Positions 26,200 through 39,509 of a DNA stretch of 64,000 bases are shown here, piece after piece. This DNA comes from Eledone cirrhosa (taxonomy: Eukaryota): positions 125,612,001-125,676,000 of the forward strand of contig OZ024742.1 of assembly GCA_964016885.1 (NCBI GenBank), read 5' to 3'. A program made the position numbers and the translations under genes. The notes under the pieces were generated by a model. The model was not told the origin of the DNA, did no database searches, and saw only the letters and a program-made list of their open reading frames with translations. The stretch's first letter is position 1, and each line of letters begins with the position of its first letter.

Positions 26200-27548
26200 T
26201 CTATACTATAAAGCTGACGGCCGTATGTAGGTAACAAACTTTCCGCCAAACGGCTGGACCAAACAGCACCAAATTTGCACCATAAATGTAACTTTTTCCA
26301 AGTAAAAAAGTGAGGTTATTTTTGTCTACTGAATTTTGTTAAAAGATTAAAGACATTATTTAAATATTCACTTCTTTAAAATTTCAAATGTCAACACTTC
26401 CGGTTATACGTCATTCCTCACTTTTTCTTATGACGTCGCACAACATTCCCCTCTTTTTCTTAGTCTGTATGTCTAGCTGTCTGGATTAGATAACGTTTTT
26501 CGAAATATTTACTTCTGCGTTCTTTTAGTTTCAGAAGATCCCGTTAAGGATGAAAGCAGCTATTCTTTGCTTAAATTTTAATCTGTTATTTTAATATATA
26601 TATTCGTGTACAGATATTTTAACATAAAAACATAAACCTATTTATTTCACGAAAGCACAGACGGCTTATCGTCATTGTTACTGTTCGAGGTTAGAGGACC
26701 ACAGTCTTTCCAAGATCTGAGAACCATCAATGGCCTTCAATGTTGCACTTACCGTTTGGCTTGTTACACGATGACAGCCATTGGCACCTCACCCTGCAAG
26801 CAGCAGCAACTGCTAAAATCCCTTCTCAGCTGCGAAAACTTTTTGCTACTATGCTGCACAACTGTGATCTTGCCGACCCTCTCGCAATGTGGAACAACCA
26901 CCGCGAAAGTCTAGCTGAGGACATCCTCCACCGCACACGCAGACCCAATCCGAACGTAACATAAGATGTCGTTTTCAATGAGGCGCTCATTTGTCTTGAA
27001 AACAGTGTCCTGGAGATTGCTGGTAGGCGTCTAAGTCACTACAGCTTACCTGCTCCTGACAGGAGTGTCCAGAGGTCAATGTCTACAGAGCTTCTCCGCG
27101 AGACGAGCTACGAGATCAGTGATTCTCCCATGGTCAATTGTATGTAGGATGCTCTATGGTTAGCTCGCCAAACAATCTCTTCATCTTTGCTCCGGAGGGC
27201 CGAACAAAAAGATATTGTAAACTCTGAGGCTCTAACAATGTAATTTAAATATTTTCTGTTACTTGGAATTTCCATTATGGTTGTACAAATTATTATTTCT
27301 TAAAAAATGTGTTCTCTGTTCAGCCTTTATTGTTGTAACTATCATTTTTCTTCTGGCTGCTGAACTGGGGAATACTAAAAACTATTCAAACCCAACATCA
27401 GAACACGTTAACCACCCCCACCCCCACTCCCCATCGCTGACTTGAGTGGGCGTGCGGTATCTTTGCACTAAAGTGTAGGGGGGGGGGATTCCTCAAAAGA
27501 TAAAATGCCGGTATACGTAGCCTGCCACCAGCCGGACGGGCCAACTAG
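26200..27548 (+). mobile_element. Internally deleted Helitron
   Basis: A|TCTATACTATAAAG start, imperfect GC hairpin then CTAG|T end. RepHel remnants LLFEVRGPQSFQDLRTING, GLLHDDSHWHLTL..PSQLRKLFATML and [16 protein letters not shown]. Confidence 0.85.
26527..26577 (+). ncRNA. Hammerhead-like motif, CAGAAGA core variant, inside the Helitron
   Basis: AGTTT-CAGAAGA-TCCCGTTAAGGAT-GAAA-GCAG ctattct TTGC-TT-AAATT. Homologous to 1250-1313. Confidence 0.55.
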
Positions 27549-27609
27549 TGTTATATAAAAATGGACGGAATACTCAAAGCAGGAATATATTTCATTATAG
27601 ATTCACATG

Positions 27610-27827
27610 CTGGGCGATGGATTGGCAATATCGGTAGAGCGTCGGACAAAATGCTTTGTGGCATATAGTTGCGGCCCTTTATGTTCTGAGTTCAAATCGA
27701 ACCAAGGTTAGCTTTGTCTTTCATCCTTACAGGGTTGGTAAAACAAAGTATCAGTAACGCACTGGGGTTGATTAAATAGACGCCCTCCATTGAGATTGTT
27801 GCCCTTGTGCCTAAATCAAGAACGTTA
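27610..27827 (+). mobile_element. tRNA-SINE with 13-bp TSD
   Basis: SINE head, body and tail. TSD atagattcacatg at 27597-27609 and 27828-27840. Confidence 0.85.
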
Positions 27828-27921
27828 ATAGATTCACATGATGGGAGCTAATATGGAGCTAAACAACGAACATGACTTCATTCCTACTCAATTTAGGGGG
27901 AAATACACTTACGTGTCATTG

Positions 27922-28800
27922 TTTCTTCTTCTTCTTCTTCTTCTTCTTCTTCTTCTTCTTCTTCTTCTTCTTCTTCTTCTTCTTCTTCTTCTTCTACTAC
28001 TATACTATTACTGTTACTACTTATCTTCTTCTTTCTCCTCTTCTTCGTCGCCCATTTATTCCTGGGAACTTCATGGGGACAGAGGTCCACAAACACTCCT
28101 TCCAGCGGGTGCTGTCAGAAGCAAGCCTCTCCAGCTGATCTGGCTGGATCTTCAAGCGAGACCAGCCAAGCTCATGGATATTATCCGACTATCTAGCTCG
28201 ATTTCTACCCCTGGGTCTCCGGCCTGTTGGTTATGCCCGTAAAATCTGTCCAGCAATTCTTTCCTGAGACATTCTAAACACATGCCTATAGTATCAGAAC
28301 TCTGATCTCTCAATTCGGAGAAGAAGTAACTCTACCTGGAGTGACTCTCTGATCTCCGAGCTGATCATCGATCACATATTCCTGCAGTACCGTCCACAGC
28401 AAGGCCTGAGGAATGTGGTCATATGCCTTTTCGATGTCTAAAAAACAAGGATATACCTCTTGGCAATACTTCTATGAATTCTCAAAGACCTGCCGAGGTG
28501 TGAATATTTGGTCGCTGTGCTGGGTCCGGAGCGGCAACCGCACTATTCATCAGCTACCTTGGACTCAACAATCTCCCTACATCTCTTTGCCAGACATTTA
28601 GCATAGACTTTACCGAGGAGGCTTAACAAGGAGATCCATCTGAAATTGGAACAATCTTTCTTGTCTCCCTTTTTGAAAATTGGTATTATCACTCCCGATT
28701 CTCATTGCTTAGGTGCCTTTCCAGAGATCCAGGCCACACGGAATACCTTTTCTATTTAAGGCTTTTAACATCGCGGACCATATTTCATCTTCCTCAGCGG
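27922..28800 (-). mobile_element. Internally deleted RTE-clade LINE with (GAA)n-rich tail
   Basis: Minus-strand KVYAKCLAKRCREIVESKVADE*CGCRSG (RT) and WSRLKIQPDQLERLASDSTRWKECL (RTE-type C-terminus). (CTT)n at 27922-27995. Confidence 0.7.
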
Positions 28801-28849
28801 CCTTGCCACGTTGAGCTATCTTCCTCTCCTCTGCCTGCAAACTGTGGAA

Positions 28850-29242
28850 ATGAAGATAGTTAAATACCGGGACCTGACCGACCGGTTGCTTTTTGTACGG
28901 ATCTCCGTCGAGGCCTCTGGTGTCCTTGGTCCCTACACTGTTGATTTTTTCCATAAAATCGGAAACACAACACACGTTCTAGGAAGGAACCCCATGGGGT
29001 GGGGTGACTGTTGCAGTAAACCCTTTGCCATTTTCTAGGGTGCAGTAATGCATTTGTCATTTTGTCCACGGGGTGCAGCTGAAATACCCCTCAGACTGCA
29101 GTGTGGTGTCTCTCCCTCTCCACCCTCTCCCTTTCTTTTGTTGCTTAATTCTTTCCTCTTTTTCGTTTACTCTTTTGTTCCCTTTAATGGTGGGTTTTGT
29201 GTTTGTATAAACAGCTTTGTAAAATAAAATTGAATACAAAAA
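28850..29242 (+). mobile_element. CRE-like LINE 3' fragment (restriction-like endonuclease end)
   Basis: KIVKYRDLTDRLLFVRISVEASGVLGP.TVDFFHKIG matches the K..KY..L....F.P..VE..G..G pattern. A-rich end. Confidence 0.55.
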
Positions 29243-29444
29243 TATCCAACCTTAAATTCAAATCACAGCAATTGGAGTAAGAGCAAAATTGATTAAATCA
29301 ACGTCAGTATTTGACAGGTTTTTCAGTTTATCGACCACTGAAGTTGACCATAGCAAGATTTGAACTAAGAATATAAAGACAAACAACCAAATACTGTAGA
29401 GGCATTTTATCCGACAATCTACCATTTCTGTCAAATCCAACGCT

Positions 29445-29625
29445 TTGAATGATGCTAGTTTAGGCACAAGAGCAGCAATTTGTAGCGAGGAGAAACTCTA
29501 TTGAACTCGAATGGTTGAAAGGTAAAGTAAGCCACAATGGGATTTGAACCCAGAACGTAACGAGCATGAAAAAACACTTCAAGGCATTTGCTCGGCGCTC
29601 TAACGACTCTGGAAATTCAACTCCC
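29445..29625 (-). mobile_element. Degenerate tRNA-SINE
   Basis: ttaggcacaag..cagcaattt...gggatttgaacccagaacgtaa...gctctaacgactctg (reverse-complement SINE). Confidence 0.65.
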
Positions 29626-29769
29626 TCTCAAATAAAATTAATGAGAGTATTAATTCCATACTATATCTAGGATTAAAACTATACTAAATATCTCCGATAT
29701 TTTTTTTATAATTCCGTTTCCATTGCAATCTGAAATATTTCACCTGAACGATGATATTATTAAAGAAAT

Positions 29770-29959
29770 GTAAGGCGGTGGATTGGCAGTATCGGTAGAG
29801 GGTCGGACGCCATGCTTTGACGCAAAGAGTTACAGCCCTTTCCATTCTGAGTTCAAATCCCGCCGAGGTTAACTATGCCTTTCATCCTTACGGGGTCGGT
29901 AAAATAAAGTACCAGTAATACACTGGGTAATTGCTGGCCTTGTGCCAAAAGTAGAAACA
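29770..29959 (+). mobile_element. tRNA-SINE with 14-bp TSD
   Basis: Full head and tail. TSD attattaaagaaat at 29756-29769 and 29960-29973. Confidence 0.9.
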
Positions 29960-30620
29960 ATTATTAAAGAAATCTAACAATTACTGGATAGTTCAATTTT
30001 CCAGAGATTTATAAATCTTATCTTAATACAATTACCCTGCAGAAATTTATGGAATACTTTCAGGCATGCAATATAAAATATTGTGGAATAAGTATATCTT
30101 ATAACGACAATAAATTGTTTTACAAATTGAAGCGTGAGCATATAAATAATGATTTGAAGTTTCCACTTCGAATTATATTAACAGTATATGTGTGTGTGTG
30201 TGTCTGAGACAGAGAGAGAGAGAGAGAATTTGAATTTAGCTTCGAACATAGCTGTATACAAACATGTATTTTAATTTAGTATTTCTAAAGAAATACGGTA
30301 TGTATATAGATAAACATTTAGAAAGCCATAGCTGTAATAGCACTGGTGGCTAACTCCACCAAGCGGTGCTCGGCAGAAGCAAGGGGGCAATCGTCGATGC
30401 ATTTCAAACCCAACTGAAAATACGGTATGTTTATAGATAAACATTTAGAAACTCATACCTATGAGTAATACTGGCAGCTAACGCCTCCAAACGGTGGTCG
30501 GTGTTGGGAGTACTGTTTTTTTTTTCTTTTTTGTTTGCAAACGCAGGGGTATACAAAACTTCACTTATACACCCACACATACCCACACACACATATATAT
30601 ATATATATAAATATATATAT

Positions 30621-31122
30621 GTCCCAAGGCTCTGATACAATCAACACTATAAACACAGAGCAGGCATATCTAAGAACTGACTAACTGCCTGAAGAACTGA
30701 CTAACTGCCTAGAAAAATATAAATAGAAAAATAGAAAAATGAACACAAACACACACAGACACCCGGATGTGGCGCATGCGCAAACTGAGCACGCAACCCA
30801 CACACAAACAAAATGGCGTAGGATAGAAGAAAGGAAAGGCACAGAAACGAAGAAAGAAATCCCCAGTCACTGAAGAGGTCACAGAGTGTGTGACGAAAGA
30901 ACTATGACTATATATATATAAACAACTATCTGGTTGTGGAACCAACCAACCAACCAGAAATTTATAAATTTGTAAATTTATAAATATATAATAAATTAAA
31001 TTGAAGTGAAAGCAACTGGTGCGTGTGTTTCTTATTGGCAACATGACCCTCCCAAAGTATAACAATATCGGTTTCAACACACGATTTCAGATAAAGAATC
31101 TTGCTAAACAAATTCAGAAACG
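30621..31122 (+). mobile_element. ~500-bp ORF-less pLTR-like insert between (TA)n tracts
   Basis: Unique sequence bounded by TA arrays. Contains a hammerhead at 30865-30909 and a 19-bp internal duplication (aagaactgactaactgcct x2). Confidence 0.55.
30865..30909 (+). ncRNA. Minimal type I hammerhead ribozyme motif
   Basis: AGTCA-CTGAAGA-G(G)TCACA gagtg TGTGAC-GAAA-G aa C-TA-TGACT. Perfect 5-bp helix I, 6-bp helix II. Confidence 0.75.
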
Positions 31123-31133
31123 ATATATACATA

Positions 31134-31206
<73 letters not shown>

Positions 31207-31208
<2 letters not shown>

Positions 31209-32083
31209 AAATTTGGGACTTGACTCTTTCTTCCTCACTTTTCGTTGCTTCACCATCTTTGTTTGTTTACACTCTCGTGTCCCCTTTATTTACGTGTCCC
31301 AACGACTTTTTTTAGCCGTTGCTCGCACCAACCGGAGGTATATGGTCTTTAAAGCGATGAAATACCAATGATAGTTGGAAGATCACTGATGAAGGACTAA
31401 ATTTATTCATATGTAACCCATTAGCAACCACGCAGCACGTTTATTCTCATATTTACACATATTATTTCCCGCGCTGTGACCCGTCTATTTCGTTCTTACT
31501 GCTTCCTCTTTCTCTGTATCTTTACTCTCTCTAACAGTCACTCTCTCTGTTAGCCTCTTCCTCACCCTTCACTCACTCACTTTCTGTTACTACCTCTCCT
31601 CCTCCTCCTTCTTCTCGTTTGACCTGTGTGTAATTCTTTTCTTTCGCCCCCTTGGTCAGGCAGGTTCGCTTTTTTTCTCTCTTTCGTCTACGATTTCACA
31701 GAACTTATGTTCACCGAATTCACGGACTAGACCCCTTCTTCCTCCCGTTAGACCTGTACGGAATTCCTTCCTTGCTCACATTCCAATCAGGTTCGATGGT
31801 CTTTATTCTCTCTCGTTCACGATTTCACCGAACTTATATTAATGAAAATTTGGGACTTGACTCTTTCTTCCTCAATTTTCGTTGCTTCACCATCTTTGTT
31901 TTTTACACTCTCGTGTCCCCTATCTTTACGTGTCCCAACGACTTTTTTTAGCCGTTGCTCGCACCAACCGGAGGTATATGGTCTTTAAAGCGATGAAATA
32001 CCAATGATGGTTGGAAGATCACTGATGAAGGACTAAATTTATTCATATGTAACCCATTAGCAACCACGCAGCACGTTTATTCT
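31207..32083 (+). repeat. Partial tandem repeat (637-bp unit, ~1.4 copies), pLTR-like, between (TA)n tracts
   Basis: 31209-31449 recurs nearly identically at 31846-32083. Pyrimidine-rich. Contains cactgatgaaggac but no completed hammerhead. Confidence 0.75.
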
Positions 32084-32217
<134 letters not shown>

Positions 32218-32252
32218 AAAGAGTGCCGAAACAGCCGGAGGTCAGCCGATAT

Positions 32253-32342
<90 letters not shown>

Positions 32343-32480
32343 TTCTGTGTATATATATATATATATATAGATGTGTGTGTGTGAATGAAGTAATTCCGTC
32401 GGAAAAGTCCAGGAAAAAAGATTGCTCTATGTAGGTAACAGAGCTTAATAGTTATGTAATAAACAACATAAGGCAATTAT

Positions 32481-32534
32481 TCCATTTACCATTTCTTAAA
32501 AGCAAAAAATTTTGCTTTCAATCATCAGAATGAA
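32481..32534 (-). ncRNA. Hammerhead motif in inverted pLTR (4-nt deletion in helix III)
   Basis: Reverse complement of 35583-35640 lacking CCAC. Confidence 0.6.
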
Positions 32535-32949
32535 AAAATCCTGGTCTATTTATTGATATTGGATTCTAAAAACAAAAATGCAATCTATATGAAAGTGAGT
32601 CTGGAGAAGGAAGGAGGAAAGGAAAAATAAAATTAAAAATAAAAACACACATGCAAACACACACACACATACACACACACACAATTATATACATATACAC
32701 ACACACACATATATATATATATATACATACACTCATATATACACACACACATATAAACATATATATGTGTGTATATATAAACACACACATACACATACAT
32801 ATACACATACATACACACATATATACACACATATATATAGAAATAGAAATATATATATAGATACTATTAGTTAAAAGTTGGTTATACAAAGTACTATTAA
32901 CTTCAAAGAGATTTTTAGTACTTTGTATAACCAACTATAACTAATAGTA

Positions 32950-34555
32950 TCACCAACAAATATCAATTAACTAATAATAATACCTACAATACTATTAATA
33001 AAGAAGCTAAAGAACTAGCTAGTTCTTTAAAAATAGACAACCGGATTGAAAGCCTAGCTAAGCGTAAAGTATATATTACCCTTATAGACCATAAATTGGA
33101 CTTTACTAATCGACCTAGTTGTAGACTGATTAACCCGGCTAAATCCGAAGTTGGCCTTGCAAGTAAAAAAATCTTAAGGAAAATAATTCTCCAAATTAGA
33201 ACTAACACTGACCTATCACAGTGGCTAAATGCTTCCTCTGTTATTTCTTGGTTTAATAATATACAAGGTAAAAATAAGTGGATTTACCCAATTTGATATT
33301 GTTGATTTTTACCCCTCTATTACTGTTTCCTTATTAACTAATGCCTTAGATTTTGCAAGACCCTTCATTAATATTTCTAAATTAGAAGAAGACATCATCT
33401 TTCATGCTAGAAAAACTTTACTCTTTACTAATGAAAATATTTGGGTTAAAAAGTCAAACCCTGAAAACTCTTTTGATGTTGCAATGAGTTCATATGACAG
33501 TGCGGATGTGTGTGACTTAATAGGATTATTCCTTCTCCACACACTCAAAGAGAAATTTCCTTCCCATAATATCGGTTTATACCGTGATGACGGATTGGCA
33601 GTTTCTCATACCACCAACGGCCATAACCTTGATAAATTCCGTAAAGACTTAATCAATACTTTTGCTAATCTTAACCTTAAAATCACTATAGATACGAACG
33701 TTACCAATGCTAACTTTCTTGATATTAATCTTGATCTAATTACCGCCTCTTTTAAACCTTATCATAAACCTAATGAAAATCTTAGGTATATACACAAAGA
33801 GTCTTGCCATCCCCCTATAGTTTTTAATAATCTTATTCCTAACATTAGCCGTAGGATTTCTACCTTATCTTCGTTTATAGACATTTTTAATAAAGCCGCC
33901 CCTTATTATAATAAAGCCCTTAAGAACAGCGGTTTTACAGAACAAATTTTTAATTTCCCTACTCCCTCTAAAACTAACCACAATAACAGGAAAAAGAAAA
34001 TTATTTGGTTCACACCCCCCTTCTCTCTAACTGTCAAAACTAATGTAGGAAGGAAATTCCTTGAACTCTTAGATAAACATTTTCCTCCTAATCATAGATA
34101 TTATAAGATATTTAATAGGAACGTAGTTATGATCAGTTACTCTTGTTGCCCATCTATGAAGTCCAAGATCACTAGTTCAAATCATACGAGAACAAATCCA
34201 GGATGCAGTTGCAGGAAGCCGGATGAATGCCCATTGCAGGGCAAATGTAACACCAAATCTGTTGTTTATGAGGCTAAAATAACACCGTTAATCAACAACC
34301 ACCCAGCCAGGAGTGAGCGATATGTCGGCATGACCCAGGACAGGTTTAAGACCATATTTTACTCACATGTCGCTTCTTTTAAGCACTCCGATAAACGAAC
34401 AACAACGGCCCTCGCAAGTAAGGTGTGGGAATTCAAAGATAATAACATCCCGTACTCTATCGATTGGTCTATTTTAGACCATTCGAGGGAGTACCAAAGG
34501 GGCACAAAGAATTGTTCTTTGTGTACCAGAGAAAAATATAGGATTTTGTTAAACT
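32950..34555 (+). pseudogene. PLE reverse transcriptase + GIY-YIG endonuclease (probably Hydra-group)
   Basis: DHKLDFTNRPSCRLINPAKSE, FDIVDFYPSI, GLYRDDGL, FLDINLDL, HPP, CSCRKPDEC (CxCx5C), [18 protein letters not shown]. Frameshift ~33270. C-terminus runs into microsatellite. Confidence 0.9.
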
Positions 34556-34559
34556 TGTA

Positions 34560-34736
<177 letters not shown>

Positions 34737-35182
34737 ATATGTGTGTGTATATGTGTATATGTGTGTGTGTGTGTTTGTGTATGTATTTGTGTATGCATAT
34801 GTATGTGTTTATGTATTTGTATATGTATAATTATGTGTGAGAGTGTGTGTATGTATTTATTTTTACGTATGTATGTGTACGTGCATTTGTGTGTATTGCT
34901 TACCACGTGTGTTTGTTCATTTATTTGTTGCCTGTATCGGTGTCAACTTATAACAGTCTTTATTTTCGTTTATTATTTTATATATATTTTTTCTTATATT
35001 TATTTGCGTGTGTGAATATGTAGAGGTGTGTGTATATTTTTCTAATTTTGTGCATGCATATGTATACATTTATGTATGTGTATGTATGTACGTGTGTATA
35101 TAGGTATGATTGTGTGTTTGTATGTATGTATGTATGTATGTATGTATATGTATGTGTGTATGGCTATGTATGTCTATGTGTA

Positions 35183-35231
<49 letters not shown>

Positions 35232-35392
35232 ATATGTGTGTATATATGTGTGTGTGGTTGTATATATGTATGTGTATGTATGGATATGTTGATACTTATG
35301 TGTGTATGTATGTATGTGTATATGTATGTGTATGTGTGTGTTTATATATACACACATATTTATGTGTATATGTGTGTGTGTATGTATGAGTG

Positions 35393-35431
<39 letters not shown>

Positions 35432-35582
35432 ATGTATATAATTGTGTGTGTGTGTGTGTTAGCATGTGTGTTTTTATTTTTTTATTTCATTTTTCCTTTC
35501 CTTCTTCCTTCTCCAGCCTCACTTTCATATAGATTGCATTTTTGTTTTTAGAATCCAATATCAATAAATAGACCAGGATTTT

Positions 35583-35640
35583 TTCATTCTGATGATTGAA
35601 AGCAAAATTCTTTGCTTTTAAGAAACCACTGGTAAATGGA
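35583..35640 (+). ncRNA. Type I hammerhead ribozyme motif in PLE pLTR
   Basis: TTCATT-CTGATGA-TTGAAAGCAAA attc TTTGCTTTTAA-GAAA-CC act GG-TA-AATGGA. All three helices pair, GUA triplet. Confidence 0.85.
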
Positions 35641-35670
35641 ATAATTGCCTTATGTTGTTTATTACATAAC

Positions 35671-35709
<39 letters not shown>

Positions 35710-35734
35710 ATTTATGTGTATATATATCTATATA

Positions 35735-35852
<118 letters not shown>

Positions 35853-35880
35853 TGGTTACACAACAGTTAGTTCACCATAC

Positions 35881-35918
35881 CGAGAACAATTTTTTCACCT
35901 TAGCGGATCCTCAGCTCG
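35881..35918 (-). ncRNA. Minimal hammerhead motif (helix III C>A mutation)
   Basis: Reverse complement reads CGAG-CTGAGGA-TCCGCTAAGGT-GAAA-A aatt G-TT-CTCG. Confidence 0.65.
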
Positions 35919-36085
35919 TAATAGAATCGTTATACGGAACAGGAAGGACAACCGTACGAACGAACATGCGCAGAAACGATCACATCACACAGGCAATACT
36001 AAATTGCGTGCGAGAGGTGTAAGGGAGATAACTGCGAAAGTCCGAAAGTTTCTAGTTGATAAAAAAATTAGGATGTTGTTGTAAT

Positions 36086-37486
36086 TCAATCCGGAGCTTT
36101 GTAGTTATGTAAGAGGTGTTTCCAGACGCGTGGACAACGTGTGAAGAAATCATTTCTCGAGTTTAGGCAATCATTATTGCGTAATCTCTTTATAATATTT
36201 GTTCGTTCATCAATACATAGTCCACACGATGGATTGCCCCTTGCGTATGGCTTGGACTTAGTCATGGCTTTCCATTGAATGGAGTTGTCTATACTTGAGT
36301 CCTTGAGGGGCCATAGTTGCCTCACGAGTTTCGTGATTGAACGTCTGTCCGGGTTCCTAAAGGTCGACTGATGGTTCAGGAAGTGTTCCTTAAATCGGCC
36401 CTCCACCATACCCACATAAGATTTGGCCTCCTGTGATTGATTTGGTCGGTTGGAAGTGACCACAGCTTTATAAACTACAGCGGGTGTGTTGCATTGCTGT
36501 TGAAGGGGACAAGCATCGGGCTTACGGCAAGAGCACGCTGGTTGGGTGTTGCTCTTAGGACTGTTGGTGATGTGGGCCTTCGTGTTCTTAGTGCAGGAAT
36601 ATCCTAGTTTTACTTTGTGTCGGTTAAAGATAGAGTGGTATTTATGACCTATGGGAAAGTGTCTATCTAAGAGGGCTAGAAATGTTTTGCCTACATTGGT
36701 TTTAACGTTGAGGGAGAAGGAGGAGAGAACCACATAGTTTGTCTATTGTTACGCTTTCTTTTCTTATTGCTGTTGTTGTTAGTGGGAGAGTAAGTGATAG
36801 GTTGCGAGAAGCCGCTGTTAGCTAACGCCGTGTTATAGTAGGGTGCCGCTCTGTCAAAGATATTTTTATTAGAAGAGAGGTTTGAGATTCTAGTACTGAT
36901 ATTATTTACGAAGTTTCTAAAAACAGGTGGAGGGTGGCATGAGTCCTTGTGAATGTAATTGAGTTTTTCGTTAAGCTTATGGAAGGGTCTGTAGGTGTGC
37001 GTGCGAAGGTCTAAATTAATGTCTAAGAATTCTACGCTAGAGAGGTTGGTAGCTACTGTTATCCTAAGTCCTAACTCATTGCTAGAAGCTAAGTCTTTTT
37101 TAAACCGGTCGAGGTCGTGACCACTTTTATGACTCGATAAGTTCAGTCCATCGTCGCAGTATATTCCCGTGTGGAAGTCCGGGAATCTAACACGTAATAT
37201 GTCTAAAATAAATAGGCCAACCAAGTTGCATACGTCAGCACTGTCAAACGATCCTATGGAGACGTCGAATAGGTCTGAAGTTGTTGACTTCTTTGCCCAG
37301 GCTACTCCGTTGTTTAAGACGAGGGTTTTCCGGCAGTGAGCGATGGTTTCCGTCTAAACCATCGACGGTAGTGTAAGTGGTAGCAAAGTCCAACGCTTTG
37401 TTTAACAGGGTCTCTGAGATCGACGGGTAAAAATCAACAATATCAAACTGTGTGAACTTCGCTTTTTGGGATTTGAAGGAGTTAAA
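36086..37486 (-). pseudogene. PLE RT + GIY-YIG ORF, frameshifted
   Basis: FTQFDIVDFYPSI, GIYCDDGL, FLDINLDL, CSCRKPDAC, VVYKAVV..YVGMVEGRFK, CGLCIDER across ORFs 37244-37525, 36691-37224 and 36086-36733. Confidence 0.9.
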
Positions 37487-38031
37487 CCAAAGCTGTGGGC
37501 ACTTCCAACCGACCAAATCAACCACATGAGGTCAAATCCTATGTGCGTATGGCGGAGGGCCGATTTAAGGAACGCTTCCTGAACCACCAGTTGACCTTTA
37601 GGTACCCGGACAGATGTTTATCCACGAAACTCGCAAGCCAACTATGGTCCCTCCACTCAAGTATAATCTACTCCATTCAATGGAAAGCCATGACTAAGTC
37701 CAAGCCATACGCAAGGGGCAATCCGTTGTGTGGACTATGTATTGATGAACGAATAAATATTCTAAAGAGATAACGCAATAGGGATTGCCTAAACTCGAGA
37801 AATGATTTCTTCACACGTTGTCCACGCGTCTGGAAACACCTCTTACATAACTACAAAGCTCCGGATTGAATTACAACATCTAATTTTCTTATCAACTAGA
37901 AACTTTCAGACTTTCGCAGTTATCTCCCTTACACCTCTCGCACGCAATTTAGTATTGCCTGTGTGAAGTGATCGTTTCTGCGCATGGGCGTTCGTACGGT
38001 TGTCCTTCCTGTTCCGTATAACCGTCCATTA

Positions 38032-38069
38032 CGAGCTGAGGATCCGCTAAGGTGAAACAATTGTTCTCG
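38032..38069 (+). ncRNA. Minimal type I hammerhead ribozyme motif in PLE pLTR
   Basis: CGAG-CTGAGGA-TCC gctaa GGT-GAAA-C aatt G-TT-CTCG. Palindromic AACAATTGTT helix III. Confidence 0.8.
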
Positions 38070-38171
38070 GTATGGTTAACTAACTGTTGTGTAACCACTT
38101 CTACCTAACTCGTCCCATGGACTGAGTGCTCTACCACTATGGATATTACCTTCCAGCGTTCTACCGCTATA

Positions 38172-38315
<144 letters not shown>

Positions 38316-38334
38316 TATAGCGGTAGAACGCTGG

Positions 38335-38375
<41 letters not shown>

Positions 38376-39001
38376 TGACTCTGCAGCTTGAGCTGAATCG
38401 TGATAGTTATATTCTAGTATGAATTAAAAGAAATGATGAATCTACTTTTTTTATTCTGCAGAGCTTGAATGACGTTTATTAACTGAAGATTTGGAGGACA
38501 ATTCATTGGTGTTATTTGTCATTTATGAGGGGCAACCAAATTCTATTACCAGAATATCAATGAGGTTACAAAGTTAGCAAAATTTCCTATTGAAAATGAA
38601 AGCATATTTTGTGCTTCTCTGAAATAATATGGTATTAAAATATACATACGCACGTACATACTCATGAGAGAGAAAAGAAAAAGAGATAAGAGGAAAAAGC
38701 AAGGGATAGACAGTGGGAGATCTTTCTAGATAATAATATGACGTTTTGTTGAATCTCGTAAAATTTACCGTAGTCTAGCTCATATTTTTTTTCTGAAGAG
38801 GTTTATGCAATCTATTGATTAGATATTCGTTGCATGTTGTACATTCCGTGATTATTAATCCGTAAGTATTGTTTACTTGTCATCAGATAAAGAATGAATA
38901 TCTCACACTATTATAGTCTTTCAGCAGTGCACATGTGACCTCGTCCACGGGAAAATATCTCTTTTTCACACTCTTCATTCCCTCTCTCTCTATATATATA
39001 T

Positions 39002-39192
39002 GGAAAGAGTCAGGACCCCGACGGCTGAGCTGCGGCCGTTTCGACAGCTAGATCCGAACAGTTCGGATCTAGCTGTCGAAACGGCCGAAGCTCAGCCGTC
39101 AGTGTCCTGACTTTTTTCCTATTACCCACTCTACTACCCTAAGATTCGAGTATTGAGGTGCGTTATGGTCCACCTGGTTCCTTACCACACAT

Positions 39193-39197
<5 letters not shown>
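39002..39197 (+). mobile_element. Short PLE-pLTR-like element, family copy 3, with ~58-bp fold-back arms
   Basis: Arms 39002-39059 and 39061-39119 around a 1-nt spacer. The tail matches 1728-1800. Confidence 0.75.
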
Positions 39198-39253
<56 letters not shown>

Positions 39254-39462
39254 TGTGTGTGTGTGTGTGTGGGTGTGTGTGTGTGTGTGGGGGACTGTAT
39301 AAACCCGACCACGATGCCTAACTGTTTCGGCTTGCATGTAGCAAGCCTTCCCGAGGATATAATTTATATATATACATATAGTTTCGTTGACAAATATATC
39401 AATGTGCCCAGACACGTAGATATATTGCCCTTGGTATATACATATATATATATATATATATA

Positions 39463-39509
<47 letters not shown>

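Noticed and set aside
27838-28242. Poly-Leu, poly-Phe and poly-Glu ORFs
   Set aside because: They come from the (CTT)n tail of the RTE fragment.
30291-30505. Diverged ~127-bp direct duplication with a small hairpin
   Set aside because: No ribozyme core, termini or coding signal. It is probably an old local duplication.
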